A DNA stretch of 64,000 bases, from contig NC_058368.1 in NCBI RefSeq assembly GCF_018350175.1, forward strand, positions 27,840,001 through 27,904,000. Direction: 5' to 3'. How positions within the stretch are numbered: the first letter of the stretch is position 1; each line of letters begins with the position of its first letter. The translations under genes and the position numbers were made by a program. Positions 1 to 12,810 of this stretch are shown in pieces. The notes beneath the pieces are model-generated. The model was given only the letters and a program-made list of their open reading frames with translations, did no database searches and had not been told where the DNA came from. The stretch comes from Felis catus (Eukaryota).

Positions 1-1932
1 TAGTGCATAAAAATGCCACAGATTTTTATATATTAATTTTGTATCCTGCAACATTACTGAATTCATTTATTCTAATAGGTTTTTTTTTTGGTAGAGTCTT
101 TAGGGTTTTCCGTATATAGTATCAAATCATCTGCAAATAGTAACAGTTTTACTTGTTCCTTTACAATTTGGATGCATTTTATTTCTTTTTCTTGACTAAT
201 TGCTCTGGCTAGGATTTCTAATATTATGTTGAATAAAAGGGGGGGGGGAGTGAGCATCCTTTTCTTGTTTTCGATCTTAGAAGAAAAGCTTTCAGCTTTT
301 CACCATTGACTCTAATATTAGCTGTGGGTTATGAATGTTCCCTCTGTACTCACTTTATTGAGGTTTTATCATGAATGGATGTTGAATTGCATCAAATGCT
401 TTTTCTGCACCTACTGTGATGATCATATTTTTATCTTACATTTTATTAATGTGGTATATCGCAATTGATTTGTGGGTGTTGAACCATCCTTGCATCGCTG
501 CAATAAATCCCACTTAATTGTGGTATATGATCCTTTTAGTGTTGTTGGATTTGGTTTGCTAAAATTTGGTGAGCATTTTTACATTTGTGTTCACTAGGGA
601 CGTTGGCCTGTAATTTTGCTTTTTTTGTGATGGCCTTGTCTGGTTTTGGTGTCAGGGTAGTGCTTATAAAATGAGTTTGAAAGCATTGTCTTCAATTTTT
701 TTTGGAAGCCTGTCCCTCAGGCTGAAGCTCCAAGCTAAGTAAATAAGCCTTTTCATAGGAAGACTGGATTGTTTTTCAGTCTGCCATCTGTACAGTACCC
801 TGGGGGTGATGGGCTTCCAAGAACTGTCTTTCTTATTGTTCTATTCCTGGGAAGCTCACAATGCTAGCCTCCTTGGCCACCAGGGCCAAGTGATTAAGGG
901 GAATTCCTGTGTGTCCCTGTTGGCTTTAGCTAGGCAGTGGAAAGTGGGGTGGGGAATGCTCTCTGGCTTCAGAAAATGTCTTGACTGAATGTGCCCCAGG
1001 GGCTTCAGAAATGCAGCAACAGAGTGCCTTGTCTGTGTGCATGTACCAGCTTTAGGCTGGGAGCAGAATGCCATGACTGCTACACTTGTTAGCCCCAGCC
1101 AAGGATTGGGGGAATATTGCAACCTTCCACACTTCATAGACTTTAGCTGGGGAACAGGAGAATGCTGCCACTGTTCAAATTTGCCAGCTCCAGCCAGGGA
1201 CTAGGGGAATGCTATGGCCACCTGTGCTCTCTGGCGTCAGCAAGGCGGTAAGATAGTGCTGTGACCACTGGCTTCTGGCTATCTTAGCAAAGTGCTGGGA
1301 GGGTTCTGTGTCCAGGCTCACCCATCTGTGCCAGCGGGCTAGACAGAGGGTCCAAAAATGACATCTGCCAATACCTCCATCTCTGGGGGGCGTTTCAGCT
1401 GTCTCCTATCCCTCCAGCAGCTATGTTTAGGTTAGTAAATGTATCTCTTTCACATATAGTCTAGGTGCTTTTCAAACTGCTGTTTATTCCTGCTGGGTCA
1501 TGGGACAAATGACACTGTATTGAGCCCTTTACATGGAAAATCTCAGTCTCCTACAGTACTTTGAGTCCCTTGGATGTCAGCCCTGTTGATTTTCTAAGTC
1601 AGATGTTTGGTGGAGGCGGGTGCTCATCTCTCTGGTGCAGATCCCAGGAGTTTGGGTACCAACCCCTCACACCAGCAGAAGTGCCAGACTGGTGAGATCC
1701 CTATTGTAGGTCCCAAGCTGGGGGTGGGGTCTTTTGGTGAGACTGTGCCTGTACTTTGCTACCCATCTCAATGTTGGTCTTTTTATCCTTTTTGTGGAGA
1801 AGCAGTTCATCTAGTTTTCAGATCTTTATCAAAGAAAAAAAATGATCCGTATGTAGCCGTAGATTTGGTGTGTCCTTGGGAGGAAGTGAGTTCAGGATCT
1901 TCCTATGCCACCATCTTGTGGAAATCTCCCCC
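1..1932 (-). mobile_element. Old L1 (L1M-type): ORF2 RT-region fragment (1-~705) joined directly to an L1 5'-end/UTR segment (~706-1932)
   Basis: Minus-strand ORF 72-257 ([50 protein letters not shown]) is the L1 ORF2 RT FADD motif. The segment ends in gccaccatcttg (~1907-1918), the same terminus seen at the L1 5' end at 10741. Confidence 0.85.
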
Positions 1933-3415
1933 AAACTAATAATACTTCATAGCATTAAGAGATCTTCTGTGCTGCCAATCACTGTTGAAATTGACTTTCC
2001 AAATGTGTATCCAGGGAAGCGTGGGGACTTCAGGTTCTAAGGCCAAGACTGAGGGGGGCTCATCGAAGCAGGACAAAGGTATAGTATAGAAAGGGCTGCG
2101 TTGGGGGTGGTGGGGGCTGAGAACAGATGGCGCTCAGCTAGCTTCTCTGGAGTAAATAAGGTAGATACGCTTGGTTTTCCTCTCTTCTGCCAGCTGAAGC
2201 TACGTTAGTGCTGTTGACGCTAATATAAAATGTTTGGTCCATTTGAAGTCTTTGTCATTGCCTAATATGGGGAAAACGAAATCCCTCAGCCTGCGCTGGA
2301 AGCTTCGCCAAAACGATTGTAAATGTGTGAATGTTGCAGGCATTTTACTGCTGTGGCATGCCGCCATTTAAGCCCTACACCTGCCAGCCTGGCTACCTCA
2401 GAGTCCATAGTCATGTTCTGGTGTTTGCGTCTAGGGCCAACATTCTTCACTTGCTGCTGTTTTCCAGTATGTAATCAGGAGTTGATGTAGGGGAAAGCGA
2501 TGCCTTCTCACGTTAGTGGATCTCAGGACAGTTGGCATGAATTTCTCTTCCACTGCCTGCTGTATCCTGCCTCCCCCAGTGAAGATTTTGTTCAGGTCTT
2601 TGGTCTCACTAAAAAAAGAAAAAAACCATTGTGCCATTGTGCCATTGTGCAGGTAGGGAAAATTGTGACTTCGTGGCCAAAATTATCTAGAATATGTGTG
2701 GGGTTGTAAACATCTTCCTTGAACAATTCTCTCTGTAGGTGGAAGGAAGCAGAAAAGACACACGAGTTGCTGTGTAAGGGAGCCTCCCATCAGCTTTTCA
2801 CAGTTAATCTGCCCTGTTGAATCAATTGGAATAAAATTTTGACTTGTGGATAACTTTGGAAAGGAATCTCAAAGTTCTCATCACAATTTCTATGCTTTTG
2901 AGGTGCTTTCTTCTGAAAAAGAGAATAAAAATGAGACAAATTGTTACAAAAGAGGTGTTTGTTACAGAAACTGTAGACATACGGAGGAGTAATAAAAAGC
3001 AAAAAACTAGTGATTTTTTCAGGTTATTTGTAAATAACCACAGTTATTATTTTGGCATGCACCCTTTCAGATACTTTTCTGTATGATTGTATATCAAAAT
3101 CCCTGCAATAAAAATCCTTACAGATACTTGTCTGAAGATTGGATAAGGACAAACACCTTGATTAGAATTGGTGGTTTAAAGTAATCCGCATTTATAGAGG
3201 TTTTAATGTAGGTAGTCAAATTACTTTCTCAAAAGGTGGCACAAATATTTATTACCACCAGAGGCATGCCCTATAGCTAATACTGTTAGTGGTTTGTAAG
3301 TCGTTGCTTATATCCTAGGCAAAAAAAAAACAAAAAACAAAAACAAAAAAACCACATCATTTGGAGAGCTTAACCGTTCTATTTTCCACAGGTTTACTGG
3401 TCATTCTTTATCTTC

Positions 3416-3438
3416 TGTGTGTGTGTGTGTGTGTGTGT
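3416..3438. repeat. (TG)n microsatellite
   Basis: Directly visible. Confidence 0.95.
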
Positions 3439-3451
3439 ATACAGTTGATTT

Positions 3452-3652
3452 TTGTTTAATGTTTTTATTTTTAAGAAAGACGGTGTGAGTGGGGGAGGGG
3501 CAGAGAGAGAGAGGGAGACACAGAATCTGAAGCCGACACCAGGCTCCGAGATGTCAGCACAGAGCGCAATGCAGGGCTCTGCTTCCTGAACCATCAGAAT
3601 GTGACCTGAGCTGAAGTTGGATGTTTAACTAACTGAGCCACCCAGGTGCCCC
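3452..3652 (-). mobile_element. CanSINE (older subfamily)
   Basis: Reverse complement of the ggggcacctgggtggctcagttagttaa head, with (GA)n and T-rich tail. TSD tgtat(ac/at)agttgattt at 3436-3451 and 3653-3668. Confidence 0.95.
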
Positions 3653-4830
3653 TGTATATAGTTGATTTATCAAAGATCTATGTAATGATACTGTGTTGTA
3701 AATATTCTAATTTTTATGGATCTTTTAATACAGCATTATTTGACTTAGTATTGAGTTTTAAATATTTATGTCTTTGGATATATCAGTCTTTTTTCCTTTG
3801 TGGTTTCCTCTTGGTCTTATGTTAGATTTTTTTTAATTTTAGTTAATTTTTTTATTTGATTATAGTTGACGCACAATGTTGCATTAGTTTCAGGTGTACA
3901 ACTTAATGACTTGACAAGTTTATGTATTATGCTATGTTCACCACAGGTATAGCTACCATCTGTCTCATTACACTATTACAATATAATTCGCCCTGTTCCT
4001 TATGCTTTGCTTTTTATTCCTATCACTTACTCATTCCGTAACTGGAGGTCTGTGTCTCCCTCTCGCCTTCACCCTTGCCCTGCATCCATACCCTTACCCT
4101 TGGGCAACCATCCATTTTCTGTCTATATTTATAGTTCTGATTCTGCTTTTTGTTCATTTTTTTAGGTTCCATTTGTGAATGGAATCCTATGGTATTTGAC
4201 TTTCTCAGTCTGACTTCTTTCACTCAGCATTATACCCTCTAGGTCCATCCTTGTTGTCTCGACTGGCATGATCTTCTTTTTTTGTAGTTGTGTAATATCA
4301 CATAGTATGTGTATGTGTGTGTATATGTATATACATACGTGTATGGATACACACACATATACAGACACACCGTTTTCCTTATCTGTTTGTCTATTAGTGG
4401 ACACTTAGTTTGCTTCTATGTCTTGGCTATGGTAAATAACAGAAGTGCATATATCTTTCCACATTAGCATTTTTGTTTTCCCTGGGTATATTCCCAATAA
4501 TGGAATTATTGGATCATATGATATTTCTATTTTTAATTTTTTTTTGAGGAAACTTGATACTGTATTCCACAGTAGCTGTACCAATTTACATTCCCCCCAA
4601 CAGTGCACAAGGGGTCCTTTTTCTCTATATCCCCCACCAACACTTGTTGTTTCCTGTATTTTTTATTCTAGCCATTCTAATAGGTGTGAGGCGATATCTC
4701 ATTGGGGTTTTGATTTGCATTTCTCTGATACTGATGTTGAGCATCTTTTCATGTATCTATTGGCCATCTGTATATATCTACTTTGGAAAAATGTCTATTC
4801 AGGTCCTCTGCCCAATATTTAATCAGATTG

Positions 4831-4872
<42 letters not shown>

Positions 4873-4987
4873 TGAGTTGTATAAGTTCTTTATATATTTT
4901 CTATACTAACCCTTTAGCAGAAATGTCATTTGCAAATGTCTTCTCTCATTCAGTAGGTTGTCTCTTTGTTTTGTTGAGGGTTTCCTT

Positions 4988-5307
4988 TACCGTGCAAAAC
5001 CTTTTTATTTTGATGTGGTCCCAATGGTTTAGTTTTGCTTTCGTTTCCCTTGTCTCAGGAGACCTATCTAGAAAAACGTTGCTGTGGCTGATGTCAGGGA
5101 AATTACTACCTGTGTTTGCTTCTAGAATTGTTATGGTTTCAGATCTTTTACTATGCAAAAAATTTTATTTTGATGTGGTCCCAATAGTTTAGTTTTGCTT
5201 TTGTTTCTCTTGTCTTGGGAGACCTATCTAGAAAAATGTTGCTGTGGCTGATGTCAGGGAAATTACTACCTGTGTTTGCTTCTAGAATTTTTATGGTTTC
5301 AGATCTT
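4988..5307. repeat. 160-bp tandem duplication inside L1 ORF2
   Basis: gacctatctagaaaaa..gctgtggctgatgtcagggaaattactacctgtgtttgcttctagaatt occurs at 5061 and 5221 (period 160). ORFs 4946-5158 and 5151-5396 encode the same peptide. Confidence 0.95.
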
Positions 5308-8300
5308 ATGTTAAGGTCTTTAATCCATTTTGAGTTTATTTTTGTGTACAGTGTTAGAAAGTAGTCCGGTTTCATTTTTGTGCATCCAGTTTTCACAGCA
5401 CCGTTTATTATATTCTTGCCTCTGTTGTCATAGATTAATTGACCATATGAATATGGATTTATTTCTGGGCCCTCTATTTTGTTCTGTTGATCTATGTGTC
5501 TATTTTTGTTCCATCTGTTTTGATTACTACAACTTTGTAGTATATCTTGAAATCTGGAATTTGTAGTATATCTGGAAATCTGGAATCTCCAGCTTGGCTC
5601 TTGTTTCTCAGGATTGCTTTGGTCTATTCAGGGTCTACTGTGGTTGCATACACATTGTAGTATTATTCTAGTTTTGTGAAAAACTGCTGTTGGTATTTTG
5701 ATAGGGATTGCACTGAATCTGTAGATTGATTTGGGTAATATGGACATTTTGACAATATTAATTTTTCTAATTTGTGAGCATAGAATATCTTTCCATTTGT
5801 GTCATCTTCAATTTCCTTCATCAGTGTCTTATATTTTTCAGAGTACAGGTCTTTCACCTCTTTGGTTAAGTGTATTCCTAGGTATTTTATTCTTTTTGGT
5901 GCAATTATAAATGTGTTCTTTAAAATTTCTTTTTCTGCAACTTTGTTGTTAAGGTATAAAAATGCTGCAAATTTCTGGGTATTAATTTTGTATCCTGCCA
6001 TTCTACTGAGTTTGTTCATTACTCTAGTAGTTTTTTGGTAGAATATTTAGAATTTTCTATGTATACTATCCTGTTTTCTGCAAATAGTAACAGTTTAACT
6101 TCTTTACCAGTATGGATGCTTCTTATTTCTTTTTCTTTTCGGATTGCTGTGGCTATGACTTCTTCTATGTTGAATAAAAGTGGTGAGAGTGGGCATACTT
6201 GCCTTATTCCTTACCTTAGAGGGAAAGCTGTCAGTTTTTCACCATTAAGGATGATGTTAGTTGTGGTTTTTCATATATGGCCTTCATTATTTTCAGGTAT
6301 ATTCCCTCTAATTCCATTTCATTGACAGTTTTTATCCTGAATGGATATTGAATCTTCTAAAATGCTTCTTCTGCATCTATTGAGATATCATATACTGTTT
6401 ATACTTTGTTTTGTGGTTGTGGTTCATCACCTGATTGATATATGAATAGGGAACCATCCTGGCATCCCAGGAGTAAATACCACCTGATGGTGGTGAATTA
6501 TCTTTTTAATGTATTGTTGTATGCAGTTTGCTAACATTTTGTTAAGGATTTTTGCATCTGTGTTCACCAGGGATATTGGCCTGTAGTTTTCTTTTTTTGT
6601 GGTGTCTTTGTCTGGTTTTGGTATCAGGATAATGCTGGCCTCATAGAATGTATTTGGAAATTTTCCTTTCATTCTACTTTCTGGAATAGTTTGAAGATAA
6701 TAGATTTTAATTCTTCTTTAAATGTCTGATAGATTTCACTTGTGAACCCATCTGGTCCTGGACTTTTATTTTTTGGTAGGTTTTTGATTACCATTTACAT
6801 TTTGTTACTTGCAATCATTCTGTTCAGATTTTATATTTCTTTCTGATTCAGTTTTGGAATATTGTATGCTTCTAGGAATTAATCCAATCTTCTAGGTTGT
6901 CCACTTTGTTGGCATATACTTTTTCATAGTATTATAATCCTTTGCATTTCTGTGGTATCAGTTTTTACTTCTCTGTCATTTCAGATTTTACTTATTTGTA
7001 TCCTTTCTCTTTTTCTCTTGATTAGTCTGGCTAAAGGCTTGTCAATTTTATCTTATCAAAGAACCAGCTCTTGGTTTCACTGATTTTTTTTTCTATTGTG
7101 TTTTTAGTGTCTATGTCATTTATTTCTGCTTTGATCTTTATTATTTCACTTCTTCTACTCACCTTGGGCTTTGTTCTTCTTTTCCTAGTTCTTTTAGAAG
7201 ATTAGATTGAATTTTTCTGATTTCTTGAGGTAGGCCTGCATTGCTACTGTGTCCCAGAGATCTTGAATCACTGAGTTTTCATTCTCATTTGTCCCTATGT
7301 GTTTTAAAAATTTCTTCTTTGATTGTTTCATTGACCCATTGGTTGTTTAGTATCATGTTGTTTAGTCTCTGCATGTTTGTGTTTTTTCTAGTTATTTTTT
7401 TTCTCATGATTTATTTCTAGTTTCATACTGTCATGGTCGGAAAAGATGCATGGTATGATCTCAATCTTCTAAATTTATTGAGGTATTTTTTATGGTGTCA
7501 TATGTGACCTATTCTGGAAAACATTTCATGTGCACTTGAAAAGAATGTGCATTCTGTTGGTTTTGGATAGAATGTTCTGTATATATCTGTTATGTCCATC
7601 TGGTCCATTGTATCAATCAAAGACATTGTTTCCTTCTTGATTTTCTGTCTGGATGATGTATCCATTGATGTAAGAGGAGTGGTAAAGTCCCCTACTGATA
7701 TTGTATTACCATCAGTTTCTCTCTTCATGTCTGTTAATATTTGCTTTAAGTGCTTTGTATTTAGGTGCTTGAGTGTTGGGTGCATAGATATTTACAATTG
7801 TTTTATCCTATTGTTGGATTTATCCCTGTATCATGATGTAATGCCTTTCTTTGATTCTTATTACAGTGTTTTAAAGTCTATTTTGTTTAATATAAGTATT
7901 GCTACCCTGGATTTTTTCTCACATACCTTTGCATGATGAATGTTTTTCTGTTCATTCACTTTCAGTCTGTATATTCATCTTTAGGTCTGAGGTGAGTCTC
8001 TTGTAGGCAACATATATATGGGTCTTGTTTTCTTATCCATTCTGCTACTCTGTCTTTTGATTGGAGCATTTAGGCCATTTAAATTTAAAGTAATTACTGA
8101 TAGGTATATACTTATTGGCATTAACATTTTTTTTCTGATTGTTTTTATAATTCTTTGTTCCTTTCTTCTTGCTGTCTTTCTTTGTGATAGATGAGTATCT
8201 AGTGTTTTGTTTGGGTTTCTTTATTCTTTGTGCATCTATCATGGATTTTGGGTTTGTGTTTACCATGAGGTTTATAAATGGCATCCTAAGTAAATAATAG

Positions 8301-8462
8301 TCCATATTAATTTGATGGTCATTTAAATTCAAACACATTCAAAAAAGAAAAAAAAAAAAAGAATGGTTCTTCTAGTTCTCTTCCCTTTCTACTCCCTTCA
8401 CATTTTATGTGTATGTTATCATTTTACATCCTTTTTTCATATTTTTCTTCTGTGTCATGACC

Positions 8463-8545
8463 ATTTTTTAATGTTTTTTTTAATTTATTTTTGAGAGAGA
8501 GACAGGGTGTGAGTGGGGGAGGGGCAGAGAGAGAGGGAGACACAG
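8463..8545 (-). mobile_element. CanSINE 3' half only, truncated by a deletion into L1 ORF1
   Basis: SINE tail and ggggcagagagagagggagacacagaa run directly into L1 ORF1 sequence gacctccttgggttcatc. Confidence 0.85.
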
Positions 8546-8751
8546 AAGACCTCCTTGGGTTCATCTTACTTGGAACTCTGAGATTCTTGGGTTTGGAGGT
8601 CTATTTCCTTCCCTAGGTTAGGGAAGTTTTCAGTTATGGTTTCTTCAAATAAGTTTTCTACACCTTTCTCTCTCTCTTCTTTTTCTGGGACCTCTGTAAT
8701 GTATTCACTTGATGTTGTCTAAGAGATCTCTTAATCTGCCTTCATTTTTTT

Positions 8752-8969
8752 TTTTAATTTTTTTTTCAACGTTTATTTATTTTTGGGACAGAGAGAGACA
8801 GAGCATGAACGGGGGAGGGGCAGAGAGAGAGGGAGACGCAGAATCGGAAACAGGCTCCAGGCTCCGAGCCATCAGCCCAGAGCCTGACGCGGGGCTCGAA
8901 CTCCCGGACCGCGAGATCGTGACCTGGCTGAAGTCGGACGCTTAACCGACTGCGCCACCCAGGCGCCCC
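8752..8969 (-). mobile_element. Young feline CanSINE (SINEC_Fc-type)
   Basis: CpG-rich intact body. TSD ctgccttcattttttt at 8736-8751 and 8969-8984. Confidence 0.97.
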
Positions 8970-9669
8970 TGCCTTCATTTTTTTAACGTTCCTCTTTTCT
9001 TCTCTTCTTTTTGCCACTCAGCTTGTGTGCTTTCCAATTCCCTGTCTTCCAGATCACTGATACATTCTTCTGCATCCTCTAATCTGTTGGTTCTTTCCAG
9101 TGTGTTTTTAATTTCAGTTACTGCATTCAATTCTGATTGATTCTTTTAAATATTTTCTATCTTTTTATTGAAGGTCTCACTGAGTTCTCCCATTCTTTTC
9201 TCTAGTGCAGTATCTTTAGAATTATTAAATTGTTTATCCGGCATATTGATTATCTCTGTTTCATTTAGTTCTTTTTCTGAGCTTTTTTTTTTTTCTTGTT
9301 CTTTCTGTTGAAATATATATCTCTTCCTCCCCATTTTGCTTGTCTTTCTGTGTTTGGTTCTATGGATTAGACAAAATGGCTTCTCCACCTAAAGTTGAAG
9401 GAGTGGTCGTGTGGATGATGTCCCTCCTCAGACTGTGTGCTTTGTGACTGCTGGCTGGCTGGAGCTGTGGCTGTGTGTACTAGTTACTCTTTTAAACTGT
9501 GACTTTTTACATGGAGAATTAAAAAATAAAAGAGAAAAAAACAGAACAAGAAAGAACAACCCCCCCCCAAAAAAAACCCAAAATAAAAAAAAAAAAACTT
9601 TTTAAAAGTAAAATAAAGTAAAAATGTAAACCCCCCACGAGATCACCACTTGTTTTTGTGCCCTCGCAC

Positions 9670-10400
9670 TACAGGGTGGCTGGTGTGGGCTTGTCTGAGG
9701 TTGCAAGCTCACAGCTCACCATATGCTGGACCCGGCTCTGGTCTGGCCCTTTAAGGCGCAAGAGGCGAGAACAGTCCCGGGGTTCTTCGCCCCTTTTAAA
9801 CTGCGGCTTCCCACCTCCGCGGTTCTCCAGCGCTGGCGCACGCGCGACTGGGGCTGGTGTAGGCTTGAGGGCCCTGTTCTTGCCGAGGTGGCAAGCTCCC
9901 TGTGAGGGTTAGAAAGTGCAGGTTAGAAGGGTTAGAAAGCCCCATGGCAGCCAGACCCGGCTCCAGTTGGGGCTTTTAAGGGGGAGGGGGAGAGAGCGTT
10001 GTAGCAATTCCTTGGCCCTTTGAAACCTTGGCCTTTTCCGGTGTCCCAGTACAACCTGGGCTGGTGTGGGCCTGCAATGCCTGGGCTTGCGGAGGTTTGC
10101 AAGCTTTTTGTGAGATCTGACCCATCAGTTACGATGTTGAGACCCCCTCCTTATTGCATCAGTTTGGGCTTTTAAAGCGACAGGGGAGAGAGTGTTCCTA
10201 CAGCTCCCGAGCTCTTTTAACCCCACCACCTGCTTTTTCTGTGCCCTATTGTAGAGGTGGGCTGATGTGGGGTTATGGACTCTGGGCTTGCTACGGTTGC
10301 AAGCTCACCGAGAGGACCGGACCCACCCCTTGGGGGGTCCCCACCGTGCTCTGGTCTAGGCTTGTAAGGTAAGGGGGGACCATGAAGGGTGTACCTGGAG
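9670..10400 (-). repeat. About four diverged ~190-210 bp monomers in the L1 5'UTR
   Basis: Recurrent gctg(g/a)tgt(g/a)gg...gcaagct...tttaa motif with gcaagct at ~9703, 9891, 10099 and 10299. Confidence 0.75.
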
Positions 10401-10787
10401 AGCTTTCCCATCACTCCCCTACTGCTTGGCCGAGTTCTAGCACTCTTTTCTGTGCTAGTTCCTCTTTTAAACCCCATTTTTTTCCTGTGCCCAGAAGGAC
10501 CTGTTTCCGATCCCTCCCTTACTTTCCTTCCTTCCCCACTGCCCTTCCCAGTGTCAGGGGGTGGGGCTGAGGTGGGGCTTCCGGTAAGGTAAGTTACTTA
10601 CCACGTCTCTGTGTCTCCTGCTGTTCTTTCCCTGGTTGCTGGCAGCTGTGCAGTCAGTGCTCGGTTTGCTTCCGGACCAGTCATTCTGTTAAGAGGTGTG
10701 ATTCGGTGTGTTCCGTGGAGGGGAGTTCAGAGTCTTCCCAGCCACCATCTTGAACTGGAACCTAGAAGTAGATTCCTGCTTGCTAGA

Positions 10788-10979
10788 TTTTTTTTTTTTT
10801 AATATTTATTTATTTTTGAGAGACAGAGCCCACATGTGAGTCGGCAAGGGGAGGGGATGGAGATAGAGGGAGACAGAGGACCTGAAGAAAGGTCAGGGCA
10901 GAGCCTAGTGCGGGACTTGAACTCAGGAACTCAGAGATCATGACCTGAAGTCAGTTGCTTAAGGGCCCAGGCACCCCCC
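10788..10979 (-). mobile_element. CanSINE (diverged)
   Basis: T tail, gagacagag, cttgaactcaggaactcagagatcatgacctga, ccaggcaccccc. Confidence 0.9.
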
Positions 10980-12029
10980 TGCACTGAGAGATTTTAAAAG
11001 GTGCAAAGCAGCAAGCCGTCCAGTGACTCATCACAAGAAAATGAAAACCGCTGGGGGTGGTTATGGACAATATGGGGCAGCTGGTCTTAATTCCATTCCT
11101 GGCATAGACCTGAGCACCCACGTTCGTTTTGTGTGTTGTTACATGGGAGAACTCCTGCGCTCTCCAAACACTTGAAGCTGGAAAAAAAAAAAAATGAGAT
11201 TCTCTCGTCAGATTGATTTTGTTAAATGTTTTAAAAATTTGGTAAGCTTATTTTTAACTTGACGATTTGGTTGGCTTTCGGAAAGTTAGGTATTTCTTTC
11301 AGGAAGAAGCCCTGCATTGGAATCGTTTTCTTTTTGAACAGTCCACTGTTTAATGGTGGAGCTTACAAAGGATCATAGATAATTTCTTTTTTCCCCTCAA
11401 AGAAATACATGCTCAAAAGTGAGGGTTTTAAAGGCAAATGAAGGCAAACTGAGGAACCTTTTCAGTACACGTATTGCCATGTCATTGTGCCATCTTCTGG
11501 AGCAGAGGCTACAGGGAGACTGGTGTCGCTGCAACTCGCATGTCCCAGCAAGCTGCTGCTTACGACCCCTTTGCTTCACCTCCCAGAGCTGCGTGCATGC
11601 ACTCAGGGCCTCTCTTGTGCCCAAAGAACTCTGTTGCAGCCAAGCTGTAGGAATTGTCCAGTCATCAGAGGGAAGACGTCTCCGTTTCTACCTAAATGCT
11701 ACGTGAGTGATCCCCACTGTATGATGAACTGGTTAGACCTTTTAATTACTACGAGTTAGAAACCATAATGGTGCCGAAATGGAACGGAAATTGTGCCTCC
11801 GTATTGGGGCCGCAGAAACAGATGAGAGAGGAATATTTGAAAGGGAATGTTGTGAATTAGGAAAGATCAGAGATCAAAATTTAAATACAGCATTTATATT
11901 CCGTTCTGTTTTGAATATGGGATGTGGAGACACAAAGATAAGTGGTAATTTCTGTCGTCAGGATACAGTTTCTTCCTCATGGTATCGTGGAAGTGATGGG
12001 AATCTTGTGAGGAAGTAGTTGTGGCATTT

Positions 12030-12810
12030 TAGGATTTCTGCTAGCCAAACAGAAAGCTTGGAATGCTAACACAAGTACTCAACACTTAGAGAAGGCAGAT
12101 TTCAATGAATTCAAGACAAGATGGTTATCATTCTATTACTGAAGGGGGAATTCAAAGGGATAGGTAAGCTTTCAAAATTATAGTCTGTCTTTGCAATTAC
12201 ACGTTATCCATGCTGAAGACCAAAAGTGAGGGCATCTAGAGCCAACATGGAAGCACTCTCTCTGAGAAACTCAGATTTAAAAAGGGCACGTGCCAAAAAG
12301 TGGAAAAACCTGTCACCAAAAATTATGTGAAAGAGAGGCAATGGCCAGTAACAGGGAACAGAAGGACCAAAGGCCAGAGTGTGCTGAGGCTTTTGAGAAA
12401 GAAAGAAAGAAAAAAAAAAGGGGGGCAGGATAACGGAGGACTTACAACTTCAGAGCGAGAACAAGAAGGAAGAGGCAGGCCGTGTTGCTTGCGGCCAATG
12501 GTGTGATGTTGATGGATAATGTGAAGAAAGCAGAACTTGTTTCCTGCTGTTTTTCCTGTCTTCTCTGTCAAGGAGAGCTGTCTTTGGACTAAACAGGGTA
12601 GAATGAATGTTGTTAAGAGTTGGAAGCCCAAGATGGGTGAAGAGATTCTGTGCGAGCCATGCGTTGTTTGTAAATGAGCCCAAGGTGCTGGCTCTGAATG
12701 AATTTCAGTGCGGGGCTCTGAGAAAATGTGCCGGTGAGTTTACCCACCCACGCAGGGAGAGCTTTGAGGGTGGAGGAAGGGAGAAAAGCAGGCTGGCTGA
12801 AGACAGGTAA
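12030..12810 (+). mobile_element. Ancient CR1/L3 LINE ORF2 fragment
   Basis: Degenerate peptides LEKADFNEFK, KKAEL...VFSVKES, WKPKMGEEIL and NEPKVLALNEFQCGALRKCAGEFTHPRRESFE...LAEDR resemble CR1 ORF2 motifs ([47 protein letters not shown]...PEDW), from recall. Confidence 0.75.

Larger units (their letters stand above)
3826..10762 (-). mobile_element. Near-full-length decayed carnivore L1 (L1_Carn-type): 3'UTR ~3826-4200, ORF2 ~4200-8130, ORF1 remnant ~8546-9390, 5'UTR ~9390-10762
   Basis: Minus ORFs are L1 ORF2 pieces ([74 protein letters not shown]) and ORF1 (ELNETEIINMPDKQF...LSETFNKKIENI). Poly(T) 3' tail and gccaccatcttg 5' terminus. Many stops and frameshifts. Confidence 0.95.

Noticed and set aside
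4554..5192. 212-aa + strand ORF (longest in the track)
   Set aside because: Antisense to L1 ORF2 and runs through a (TG)n tract. This is a typical spurious antisense-L1 ORF.
9905..9940. Telomere-like ggttag repeats
   Set aside because: Only three degenerate units within the L1 5'UTR; not an interstitial telomeric array.
12032..12178. Apparent exon ending at tag|gtaagc
   Set aside because: The frames I translated contain stops, and the sequence is explained as the CR1/L3 remnant.
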